Assembly: GCA_009841335.1 (NCBI GenBank)
Contig: VXLY01000105.1
Coordinates: 4,136 to 68,135 of the forward strand
Direction: 5' to 3'
Source: Rhodothermaceae bacterium
GTDB lineage: Bacteria; Bacteroidota; Rhodothermia; Rhodothermales; Bin80
DNA length: 64,000 nucleotides
The translations under genes were made by a program, and so were the position numbers. How positions within the stretch are numbered: the first letter of the stretch is position 1; each line of letters starts with the position of its first letter. Positions 19,215 to 28,638 of the stretch are shown here, in pieces. The notes under the pieces were generated by a model. It saw nothing but the letters and a program-made list of their open reading frames with translations. It was not told the DNA's origin and searched no databases.

Positions 19215-20246
19215 CTAGTTGCCGAGTAATTCCCTCAGCTCAGCCTCGAAAACATCAACGTTGTCAGCGGTAATGCGCCGTGCGGGAATGTCTATAAACT
19301 GGTTCTCGGGAATTACCGACTGATCACCACGCGCAAGTGACGCCAGTACACGAACAGACTCATACCCGTACCGATAGGGATTTTGAACCACAGTTCCAAC
19401 AATTTCACCGTCACGGATGGCCTGTAACGTTACATCATCCTCATCAAAACCAACAATGGTGATCTCATTCAATTTTCCAGCCTCACGTACAGCTTCTAAT
19501 ATTTGGGGTGGATTATACACGAAAAGGCCAATCATAGCATCCAGTTCTGGATATCGGGCCAATGCGTCTTCTACCTGCCCCTTAGCCCGCGCAAAATCAA
19601 ACTGATCAACGCGCGTATCCAGAACTGTATAGCGCTCGTTTGCTACAACCCGATCAACTGGATCGCGTCGAGTGTTATCATGACTGCGGTCCATGAGTTC
19701 ATCAATAACCCCCTGACGTCGAAGATCCGCGTTAAGTTGGCCCAACAAACCAATAAAAAGCACCACTTCGCCCCCCTCAGGCATTGCTTCTTTCAACAAC
19801 TGACCGCACATCCGCCCAGCCTCATAGTTATCCATCCCCACATACACTAAACGCTGGCTATCTGGAGCGTCCGAGTCATGCGTGATTAGGCTAGTGTTTT
19901 GTGCGATTTCATTGAGGAGTCCCGCTTGATTCTCGGGATCAGACGGGCTGATTGCAATCCCGTCCACGCCTCGGGCCAAAAGGCTCTGGACCATCCGGCT
20001 CTGCCCCGACGGACCGTCCGGAGGCATCATGACCGATACCTCTACATCAAACGCTTCCGCGGCTGCGTTAGCACCGCGATCCGCAATCGTCCAGAAAGAT
20101 GCAATACCATTTGTGACAAAGCCAACTTCAGGGCGATCTGCTTCGTCCGAGGATCCACAGGCGGCCAGAAAGAGCACCAGTAACCCGGTCACCGCACAAT
20201 GAACATAATATTTTACTTGTTGCAGCATTGGAATCTTGTGTATCAT
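19215..20246 (-). CDS. Sugar ABC transporter substrate-binding lipoprotein
   Basis: Lipobox LAAC; periplasmic binding protein type 1 motifs (GVDGIAISP, YVGMDNYEAG, IVGFDE). Confidence 0.9.
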   Translation of the reverse strand: MIHKIPMLQQVKYYVHCAVTGLLVLFLAACGSSDEADRPEVGFVTNGIASFWTIADRGANAAAEAFDVEVSVMMPPDGPSGQSRMVQSLLARGVDGIAISPSDPENQAGLLNEIAQNTSLITHDSDAPDSQRLVYVGMDNYEAGRMCGQLLKEAMPEGGEVVLFIGLLGQLNADLRRQGVIDELMDRSHDNTRRDPVDRVVANERYTVLDTRVDQFDFARAKGQVEDALARYPELDAMIGLFVYNPPQILEAVREAGKLNEITIVGFDEDDVTLQAIRDGEIVGTVVQNPYRYGYESVRVLASLARGDQSVIPENQFIDIPARRITADNVDVFEAELRELLGN

Positions 20247-20249
20247 CGA

Positions 20250-21002
20250 TTATAGACCATAAGACCGGCCGCCATTCACAGTAACGAATTGTCCCGTTAC
20301 AAAAGCAGCCTCATTGCTTGCAAAGTAACAGGCTGCGGCGGCAATATCATCTGGAGTCCCCCAGCGACCAACGGGCACCGTACGCAAATAACCATCCTTC
20401 TTTGACTGTGACTCAGATTGGTGACGCTCAACCGGAATCCATCCGGGAGAAATCATGTTCACCGTGATCCCAAACGGTGCAAGCTCGGTTGCCAGACTGC
20501 GCGAAAGCCCCACCTGCCCTCCTTTGGCTGCTGCGTAAGCAGTAAACTGTGCAACCCCCAAAGAAAAAACCTCGCTGATGATATTAATAATGCGCCCCCA
20601 CCGCTGTTGCTTCATATGGGGAATACAGGCTTTCGTCAGCAAAAAAGGACTCTTCACAAAAAAATCCAGCATCCGCTCGTAATCCTGCCACGAATAATCC
20701 TCAATCCGCCGTTGCGGCTGATCGGGGGTCGCATTTGGTATCAAGATATCAATAGGACCCAGTTTCTTAGAGACCTGCGAAACCAGTGTTTGAACACCTT
20801 GTTCTTCCGATACATCGGATCTGAACAACATTGCGCGGGTGCCCGCAGACTCAAACTCGGCCAAGGCGCGTAGTGCCCGTACTTCATTGTTCGCATAGTT
20901 GAGGGCAACGGTAGCTCCCGAACGAGCCAGTGCGTGTGCCATTGCTTTACCAAGACCGGTTGTACTGCCCGTAACCAGTGCTACACGTCCTTCCAGATTC
21001 AT
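20250..21002 (-). CDS. SDR family oxidoreductase
   Basis: VTGSTTGLG, YAAAKGG (YxxxK), VNMISPGWI. Confidence 0.9.
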   Translation of the reverse strand: MNLEGRVALVTGSTTGLGKAMAHALARSGATVALNYANNEVRALRALAEFESAGTRAMLFRSDVSEEQGVQTLVSQVSKKLGPIDILIPNATPDQPQRRIEDYSWQDYERMLDFFVKSPFLLTKACIPHMKQQRWGRIINIISEVFSLGVAQFTAYAAAKGGQVGLSRSLATELAPFGITVNMISPGWIPVERHQSESQSKKDGYLRTVPVGRWGTPDDIAAAACYFASNEAAFVTGQFVTVNGGRSYGL

Positions 21003-21262
21003 GTAAGAAGTATTCTGTCTCTTTCTGGGGTAAACTTATGCAATATTACCGTCTTTGCAGCCTTCCAGCTGGTACGGCTCCAGAGTGGTTTTCACTTGAG
21101 CTGGAGTTGTATGGATCCTGCAGACTAGACAGAGCCGCGTGGCGAGCGGCTTGCCATTGGCACCTCCGTGATCCGTGAAATTGGCATACCTGCTACCGCG
21201 GGGTATGGGCAGTCCGGTATATGATTCTCTTTTCAACCTTCTTGTACCGTTGCAAGCCAACC

Positions 21263-22711
21263 TCAGGCGAGAATCCCTCTTATGACATTTCCACCTACAT
21301 CTGTGAGCCGGATATCGCGTCCGCTGAAGCGATATGTGAGATGCTCATGCTCTAGACCCAACAGGTGCAACATGGTTGCATGTAGATCATGGATCGTGGT
21401 CACGTTTTCAATAGCCCGGTAGCCATACTCATCGGTAGCGCCGTACACTGTGCCTCCTTTGATACCTGCCCCCGCCAGCCAAATGCTGAATGCCGACGGG
21501 TTATGATCTCTTCCGTTGGTACCCTGTGCAAAGGGGGTTCGTCCAAATTCACCGGCCCAAATCACGAGAGTATCTTCAAACATACCACGTGCCTTTAAAT
21601 CCTTGATCAGACCTGCTATGGGCTGATCTACGGCAAAGGCGTTGCGCTCATGGCCATCTTTGAGGTTTGCGTGCTGATCCCATCTATCAGCCTTCACATT
21701 TGGACAGGTTAACTCTATAAACCGCACGCCGCGCTCAACCAGTCGTCTGGCCAGCAAGCACTGCGCTGCGTAAATACGAGTGTCGGGTTCACTTGAATCC
21801 ATCCCGTACAACTTCTTGGTCGCTTCCGTTTCCCCTGAAAGGTCGGTCAGTTCTGGAACCGAAGCCTGCATCCGATAGGCCAACTCATAATTGGTGATTG
21901 CTGATTCCACCTGATCAGAATTACCAATACGACCGAGCAAATGATTGTCCGTGCGGCTCATAAGATTCAACTTGCGTCGCTGTAGCTCCGAAGTCGGCTC
22001 TTTGGGCTCAATATTCGCCAGGGGAGTATCACCAGACCTGAAAATTGATCCCTGATACGACGCAGGCAGGAATCCACTGTTAAAATTATCCAGACCCCCC
22101 GGCGGAATCAGTCCACCATCCAGGACTACATAACCTGGCAGATCCTGGTTCTCGGTTCCAAGCCCATAGTTTATCCAAGCACCCATGGAAGGGCGTCCTT
22201 GGATCCCTATCCCTGTGTGAAGAAAATAGTTGGCATTCGTGTGCTCTGGAAAATCCGCTACCATAGATCGGATGACTGCAAGATCATCCACGCATTCTCC
22301 TACATGCGGGAAGAGATCACTCACCTCGATACCGCTCTCGCCATAGCGCCGAAAATCCCATGGACTTTTCAGGATTGTGCCAATGCTGTTGAATTGAGTG
22401 GCATCAACCGTAAACTTGTCGTACGGGCTGTCTCCATGCTCTTTGGCAAGGCGCGGTTTGGGATCGAAGCTGTCAACCTGTGACACACCGCCGTCCATGT
22501 ACAGGAATATGATGCTCCTCGCCTTGGGGACCAAATCGCTCGGGCGCGGAGCCAACGGGTGAGGCCCTGACGGGGCAACTTGCTTAATGATCTTGCCAAA
22601 GGCAGAGCTTCCCATAAGCCCCATTAGTGCCACACCGCCGAATCCGTTGCGACACATGGTAAGCATTTCTCGACGTGTCATTCGACACGTTAACCTGTGT
22701 GGACCTTTCAT
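21263..22711 (-). CDS. DUF1501 domain protein
   Basis: Tat-like TRREML, IFLYMDGGVSQVDSFDPKP, WAGEFGRTP, GRDHNP. The start at 22711 gives a TGATG overlap with the upstream gene. Confidence 0.9.
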   Translation of the reverse strand: MKGPHRLTCRMTRREMLTMCRNGFGGVALMGLMGSSAFGKIIKQVAPSGPHPLAPRPSDLVPKARSIIFLYMDGGVSQVDSFDPKPRLAKEHGDSPYDKFTVDATQFNSIGTILKSPWDFRRYGESGIEVSDLFPHVGECVDDLAVIRSMVADFPEHTNANYFLHTGIGIQGRPSMGAWINYGLGTENQDLPGYVVLDGGLIPPGGLDNFNSGFLPASYQGSIFRSGDTPLANIEPKEPTSELQRRKLNLMSRTDNHLLGRIGNSDQVESAITNYELAYRMQASVPELTDLSGETEATKKLYGMDSSEPDTRIYAAQCLLARRLVERGVRFIELTCPNVKADRWDQHANLKDGHERNAFAVDQPIAGLIKDLKARGMFEDTLVIWAGEFGRTPFAQGTNGRDHNPSAFSIWLAGAGIKGGTVYGATDEYGYRAIENVTTIHDLHATMLHLLGLEHEHLTYRFSGRDIRLTDVGGNVIRGILA

Positions 22712-25701
22712 CAGATCAGGTAAATAAATTCTTTTTGATTGAACACCACGTGGCAATATGCTGCCCAGAGTTCTGCGGCATGCATGATCTCTACGGACTG
22801 CAGGCCAAGCGCCTCGGCCTCTGTGCCTATAAAGGCCTGAGCTTCCTGCAACTCATTCGGGTCTGGAAGTCTGGACAGCGCCCGTAAGTAAATATGCCTC
22901 ACACGATCCGCAATGTCAAGATGGGGTTGCTCCACCAGTGAGTCTCCCCAGAGAACGGCCTGCTCGGCAACAAACGCGTCATTGAGCAAAGTAAGGGATT
23001 GTGCAGGCACATTGCTGGAGTTGCGAGCCCCGAACGTGGAGAACGGGATCGGCATATCAAAGGCGAGCATCATCGGTGAGAGAAAATTTCGGCGTATAGC
23101 AATGTAGATACTTCGCCGACCATCTCCATCCAATGGTCCGTTAACAGCGGGTTGTCCTCTACCCTTCATGAATTCCGTTAAATGAATCGGTACTGGCGGA
23201 CCATACATGGTGGGGTCTAGCGCTCCCGACACCGCCAAAATACCATCACGAATCGCCTCGGCCTCCAGCCTTCGTACAGGATAGTGCGATAACAGTAGAT
23301 TCGAGGGGTCAAGTTCAGCGGCATTTTCAGGGACCTGAGTAGAACGCTGAAAAGCCTCCGAAAGCAGGATCTCCCGGAGCATGGATTTGATTGACCAATC
23401 CAGCTCCACAAAGCGCAATGCCAGATAATCAAGCAGTTCTGGATGCGTCGGAAGACTCCCCTGCCCCCCAAAATTGTCTACGGTCTTTACAATCCCTCTC
23501 CCGAAAACATGATGCCACAGGCGGTTTGCCATAACACGTGCAGTGAGAGGATTGGCAGGATCTATAACTGCCTCCGCGAACTCCAGTCGCCCGCTGGCCG
23601 TCTTGTTGAAAGTACTACCGGTAGGATCAAGTGCGGTCAAAAATCTATGCGGTACTGGGTCCCCCACAGGGGTTTTATAGTTGCCGCGCCCAAAGACCGC
23701 ACTCGTTACCACGTCCCCTTCAGTCATACCGATGAAGAACTCCGCGGCGGGCATGGCCTGTTTGATCTCCTGTTCCTGACGAACCACATCATTAACTAGT
23801 GGCCGCTCCAGCTCACCAGATTCCAAAGCCTGGTTAATGGCTGACACCTGTGCAGGACTAGCTTTCTGTGCAGCCCAGGCACTTACAGATTGCGGGAGTG
23901 GGGCCTCGTCAAATTCCCGGCGCGGCAGTGTGGGAGCAGCCTCATTGTGGGCTACGGCATAAGCAATTTCAAAATAGGACGAATCATTAACAACCAGCAT
24001 GTGCTGATCGGTAAGAAATTGTTTCCTGTCATAGGTCCCGACAAGTAACTCTATATAGGCTTTATGCCCCTGCCATAAATCTAAAGGGAACCGATAGGGT
24101 CTTAACTCATCACTGCTGATTACTTGATCAAGCTCGCCATGGATCGGAGCTCGTATAAGCTGAAAATTATCAACCACAAGTCGCAACGATGACTTAAAGC
24201 CTTTTGCCATGACCGTGATCGTATCATGGGCTATTGTGAAAGTGGGTGACCGCAGTGCCCCTGGAATACCCTTTGATATATGCCGGCTGCTCGCCACTCC
24301 CTCAGAAAGCTGCACCAAACGGGCATCCTCTATCACGGGGAGGCCGTGAGAGGTGCCACCTTCAAACGCCGCACCGTCCGCGAACCACGCATCAAATGCT
24401 CCGTCCCGAAAATCGCCCAGCAGGTCCCACGATCCGGTTGTGTCCCGTAAGGTCGGCGTATTTATTGTCATACTAGCCGGAACGGCTGGAACCACGCCTA
24501 GGGATGACTGCCACCGGTTCGCAATATCCAGGCGCAACGTCTTATTGAAATCAATCAGCGAGCGCAACCCGGCTAGATAACCTTCCGACAGAATCGGAAC
24601 AGGCGTAAATCGCGCACTCTCAACAATGCCGTATAGCGAGTAAAAATCCGTGGTCGGAATTGGATCAAACTTATGGTCGTGACAACGCGCGCAGGCTACG
24701 GTTAGCCCCTGAAATGTTTTGGTGGTCACGTCAATAATGTTGTCTATGCGCTCAGCTTCGTCAATGCGCGTATCAACCGGACTGTGCTTTCCTTCACCGA
24801 GTGCGAAGTACGCGGTCCCAATAACAGACTCGTTAAACCCCTCTATTGAATTGCGTCTGGGCTCCTTTAGAACATCACCCGCAAGGTGTTCCAGGACAAA
24901 CTGGTCGTAGGGAACATCCTCGTTGAAGGCCCGGATCAGGTAATCCCTGTACTGCCACGCACCCTGAATTGTAAAGTCAAATTCATGCCCTCTTGCCTCC
25001 GCATATCGTACCAGGTCCATCCAGTGACGCGCCCAGCGCTCACCAAACGCGGGAGAATCCAGGAGGGTATCCAATACCCGTTCATAGGCATCGGGGGATT
25101 CATCTTCCTTAAATGCCTCAACGGCCTTTGGTGAGGGAGGCAACCCAGTCAATACGTAAGACGCACGTCGAATCAGGCTGGCTCTCGACGCCGAGGCCGC
25201 AGGCTCAATGCCGCTTTTTTCGATGTCTGCCTGCAAAAATGCATCAATTGTAGCCTCATCCGGCGGACTTTCCGGCGGAATCAATGCCCAATGAGTCTTA
25301 TACTCCGCCCCCTGATCAATCCATTTGGAAAGAAGTGCGATTTCGTATTCAGTGAGTATCTTGTTGATCTTTGGCGGAGGCATGCGCTCCTCCGGATCGT
25401 GAGCACTTACACGCTGGATAAGCAAACTGCGTTTTGCATTGCCCTGCACAATAGCTTGCCCGCCTTCGCGCCGGGCAGTGGCGCCATCGTAGGTATCCAG
25501 ACGTAACTCCGCCTCCCTGGTGCTAATGTCAGGACCGTGACACACAAAGCAGGTATTCGACAGAATGGGCCGTACATGATAATTGAAATCTACCTTGTCA
25601 GGTAGATCGTGCGCCAAGTCTGAACGAGCACACCCCTGCAACAAGATTGCGGACACGGCAACAATGCAGAAGGCAAGGCGGTAAACTACTTGACCATTCA
25701 T
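22711..25701 (-). CDS. Planctomycete-type cytochrome c / DUF1549-DUF1553 (PSD1) protein
   Basis: CFVCH and CARCHDHKFDPI heme motifs, FGERWARHWMDLVRYA, NPLTARVMANRLWHHVFGRG. Confidence 0.9.
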   Translation of the reverse strand: MNGQVVYRLAFCIVAVSAILLQGCARSDLAHDLPDKVDFNYHVRPILSNTCFVCHGPDISTREAELRLDTYDGATARREGGQAIVQGNAKRSLLIQRVSAHDPEERMPPPKINKILTEYEIALLSKWIDQGAEYKTHWALIPPESPPDEATIDAFLQADIEKSGIEPAASASRASLIRRASYVLTGLPPSPKAVEAFKEDESPDAYERVLDTLLDSPAFGERWARHWMDLVRYAEARGHEFDFTIQGAWQYRDYLIRAFNEDVPYDQFVLEHLAGDVLKEPRRNSIEGFNESVIGTAYFALGEGKHSPVDTRIDEAERIDNIIDVTTKTFQGLTVACARCHDHKFDPIPTTDFYSLYGIVESARFTPVPILSEGYLAGLRSLIDFNKTLRLDIANRWQSSLGVVPAVPASMTINTPTLRDTTGSWDLLGDFRDGAFDAWFADGAAFEGGTSHGLPVIEDARLVQLSEGVASSRHISKGIPGALRSPTFTIAHDTITVMAKGFKSSLRLVVDNFQLIRAPIHGELDQVISSDELRPYRFPLDLWQGHKAYIELLVGTYDRKQFLTDQHMLVVNDSSYFEIAYAVAHNEAAPTLPRREFDEAPLPQSVSAWAAQKASPAQVSAINQALESGELERPLVNDVVRQEQEIKQAMPAAEFFIGMTEGDVVTSAVFGRGNYKTPVGDPVPHRFLTALDPTGSTFNKTASGRLEFAEAVIDPANPLTARVMANRLWHHVFGRGIVKTVDNFGGQGSLPTHPELLDYLALRFVELDWSIKSMLREILLSEAFQRSTQVPENAAELDPSNLLLSHYPVRRLEAEAIRDGILAVSGALDPTMYGPPVPIHLTEFMKGRGQPAVNGPLDGDGRRSIYIAIRRNFLSPMMLAFDMPIPFSTFGARNSSNVPAQSLTLLNDAFVAEQAVLWGDSLVEQPHLDIADRVRHIYLRALSRLPDPNELQEAQAFIGTEAEALGLQSVEIMHAAELWAAYCHVVFNQKEFIYLI

Positions 25702-25748
25702 GGCTATTCGCTTAATGCGCGCGCCTTTATAAATTACGGCGGAAAGTA

Positions 25749-26834
25749 ATGGGAGTCATTATCAATTGTAAACATTCAAGATTGTTTCTTCTCCTTTGGG
25801 CTGTACTTGCTCTCGGTTGCAAAGACAACACAGTCGCGGTACAGGAGCCCGAACCCAGCAACGAATACACACCGCTGCGCTCCGTGGCCCCCTTTCCTGT
25901 GGGGGTTGCGCTCCAATCAAACCGATTGAGCTCTGGACCTCACTCACAAGTTGTCCGCACCGTGTTCAACAGCGTGACTGCTGAGTATGAGATGAAAATG
26001 CGGCACATGACAGATCCTTCTGGAAACTACGTCTGGGACCCCACCGACGCATTGGTTGACTTTGCAAAAGAATACGACATGCAGGTCCACGGCCATACGC
26101 TGGTCTGGCACCAGTCCACCCCATCCTGGCTAGAGAATTTCAGTGGGACCGATGCTGAGTTTGAGGACGCCGTCAAAGATTACATCACTAATGTCGTTGG
26201 ACGCTACAAAGATGATGTCGTAAGCTGGGACGTGATAAACGAAGCGTTTGAAGATGGATCAGGAGCACTGCGCAATTCAGTCTTTCACCGACGAATGGGG
26301 CCAGACTACATAGCCCGGTTATTCCAGTATGCCAGGAACGCTGACCCCGATGTGCTGCTTTTCTACAACGATTATGGCACGATCTGGGACGCAGCCAAGC
26401 GAGACGCGATGTTTGCCATGATCGATGACCTTCAAACCCGCGGTATACCGATTGACGGTGTCGGGCTGCAGATGCATATCACCTATAACACCCCTTCCTT
26501 GAATAATATTGTTGCGGTGATGGATGCCATAGTTCAACGAAGTCTTCTGATTCATATCTCTGAGATGGATGTCCGCGTTAACCCCCAAGGTGATCTGTCT
26601 GAACTCACGACCGCAAGGAGTGAACTTCAGAAGCAACGTGTCAAGGACATCGTAACTGCCTTTATGGACCTGCCCGAAGCCAATCGATTTGCAATCACAT
26701 GGTGGGGATTACGTGATCCAGAGAGTTGGCTGATTGAATTCTGGGGTAATCCAGAGTGGGGGCTGCTGTTTGATGCAGCGTACAGACCCAAGCCGGCCTA
26801 TGAAGGCTTCCTTGAGGCGCTTACTGGAAATTGA
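25749..26834 (+). CDS. GH10 endo-1,4-beta-xylanase-like lipoprotein
   Basis: HGHTLVWH, WDVINEA (acid/base), LFYNDY, IHISEMDV (nucleophile); lipobox ALGC. Confidence 0.9.
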   Translation: MGVIINCKHSRLFLLLWAVLALGCKDNTVAVQEPEPSNEYTPLRSVAPFPVGVALQSNRLSSGPHSQVVRTVFNSVTAEYEMKMRHMTDPSGNYVWDPTDALVDFAKEYDMQVHGHTLVWHQSTPSWLENFSGTDAEFEDAVKDYITNVVGRYKDDVVSWDVINEAFEDGSGALRNSVFHRRMGPDYIARLFQYARNADPDVLLFYNDYGTIWDAAKRDAMFAMIDDLQTRGIPIDGVGLQMHITYNTPSLNNIVAVMDAIVQRSLLIHISEMDVRVNPQGDLSELTTARSELQKQRVKDIVTAFMDLPEANRFAITWWGLRDPESWLIEFWGNPEWGLLFDAAYRPKPAYEGFLEALTGN

Positions 26835-26898
26835 TATCCCGTAATGTTACCGGAATAGTTTTTCGTCGGCTCCCACACTTCTGGCGAGACACGTACAC

Positions 26899-28638
26899 TC
26901 ATTCGCGCTCAGCGTAGACAAAGTAGGCGCCCCGTTCCTGCCCGTCCGGTTGGACAAGCCACGTCTGCACAGTAGTGGGTCCCGCTACAAGATCAAACGC
27001 AAACATTGCTGCCGTCTGATCTTCGGTAATTTCCATCCGCGCCTCCTGGTCTCCTACCTTTATTCGCGCCTCGGTGCTCTCCAGAGGTTTATCCATGTGT
27101 TCGGGCCATCTCCGCAACTCGAAAGTGTATCTGCCAGATTCGACCACCTCAACCGCCCAATAGCCGTTCCCCATCATGCCGTTCTCAACGTGTCTGTGAT
27201 TCCATACTGATTGGGATTGATCGACTACATGCCAGTCATGCGGATTCAATGCCACCGGGTTCTCCGAATCAGACCCAAGCCCAATCCGTACATAACCATC
27301 AAACGAAGGGGTAAGATGATCCCACCACTGCTCGTATGCAGCGCGCAACTCATCAACCACCTCAGGAAACTGTTCGGCGATATCATTTTCCTGCCCCGGA
27401 TCCTCCTGAATGTCGTAGAGCTCATCCTGGTTAACCAACCGCCAACGTTCAGTCATTACAGCAGACTTACGCCATTGGATTGGGTACGGGACACGTTGAG
27501 AATGGACAAATAGCGTGCGTCCCGGCTGTTCTTCTCCGTGCAGCAATGGTACCAGACTCACGCCATCCAGATCTGCTGGCACCGGTAGATCACAGAGCTC
27601 GGCCAACGTGGGCAAGACATCAATGTGAGCCGTCAGGGCATCCACCTCCCGCGATCCAACATAACCGGCAGCCGGCCAACGCAAAAAGAATGGTACACGA
27701 TGCCCACCATCATACTCGGATCCCTTGCCTTGGCGCATACCTACATTAAATCCTTCCCATGTACCCTCCTGCCCGCGCCAGTTGGCCCAGCCCTCTGCTG
27801 AACCGTTATCTGTCATGAAGATGAGAAGGGTGTTCTCACTCAACTCGAGGGAATCCAACTGCGCCAGCAGCCTTCCCATATTTTCATCTATGTTCGTTAC
27901 CATGCCACTGAATCGCGCCATGACATCTGGGAATCCCATCTCACGGTACGGCGCCGCATACTCCTCCTCCACGAAGTATGGACCATGCGGGGCATTCGTC
28001 GCCAGATACAAAAAGAAAGGTTCATCCTGATGCTCCTCCACAAAACGCAATGCATCATCAAACCAGACGTCAGTCACATACCCTTCGGTTTCCTCCAAGA
28101 CTCCATTGCGCACATACGTGTCATCGAAATAGTCATTCCCAAAATAATCGGGCCCCTGCCCAACACCGCCCGCCGGATGGTAAAAAGCTTCTTCAAACCC
28201 TTGATCCTGCGGACGCAGTGGATAGTTGTCACCCAAGTGCCATTTACCTACCATCCCAGTCCGATAGCCCGCGTCGGCGTACAGTTCGGCCAGAGTGACT
28301 TCTTCCGGAGCCATCAGGGATCTCCCCATTATCGTGTGCCATACCCCAGTTCGGGTAGAGTAGCGTCCCGTAAGGAGTGCCGAGCGCGTCGGAGAACACG
28401 TTGGATCTACATGAAAGTCGGTCAGACGCACGCTTTCGTCGTGCAGGCGATCAAGTACAGGCGTACTGATTGCAGGGTTGCCATGCGCACCGATATCCCC
28501 ATACCCTTGGTCATCGGTGATAACAAGAATAACATTAGGGCGTTGTGGACCATCCGATATCTGACATCCTCCTAAAGCGATCGTAACAACCCAGATAACA
28601 GGAATAATGAAGCGCATACCGATCGTGTAATGTCTCAT
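26899..28638 (-). CDS. Arylsulfatase-family sulfatase
   Basis: ILVITDDQGYGD, formylglycine motif CSPTRSALLTG, GKWHLG. Confidence 0.95.
   Translation of the reverse strand: MRHYTIGMRFIIPVIWVVTIALGGCQISDGPQRPNVILVITDDQGYGDIGAHGNPAISTPVLDRLHDESVRLTDFHVDPTCSPTRSALLTGRYSTRTGVWHTIMGRSLMAPEEVTLAELYADAGYRTGMVGKWHLGDNYPLRPQDQGFEEAFYHPAGGVGQGPDYFGNDYFDDTYVRNGVLEETEGYVTDVWFDDALRFVEEHQDEPFFLYLATNAPHGPYFVEEEYAAPYREMGFPDVMARFSGMVTNIDENMGRLLAQLDSLELSENTLLIFMTDNGSAEGWANWRGQEGTWEGFNVGMRQGKGSEYDGGHRVPFFLRWPAAGYVGSREVDALTAHIDVLPTLAELCDLPVPADLDGVSLVPLLHGEEQPGRTLFVHSQRVPYPIQWRKSAVMTERWRLVNQDELYDIQEDPGQENDIAEQFPEVVDELRAAYEQWWDHLTPSFDGYVRIGLGSDSENPVALNPHDWHVVDQSQSVWNHRHVENGMMGNGYWAVEVVESGRYTFELRRWPEHMDKPLESTEARIKVGDQEARMEITEDQTAAMFAFDLVAGPTTVQTWLVQPDGQERGAYFVYAERE

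Noticed and set aside
21003-21262. Hairpin-rich intergenic region (possible riboswitch) and 74-aa ORF upstream of the sugar operon
   Set aside because: Stems are present but match no riboswitch consensus I recognise, and the ORF has no protein-like features.
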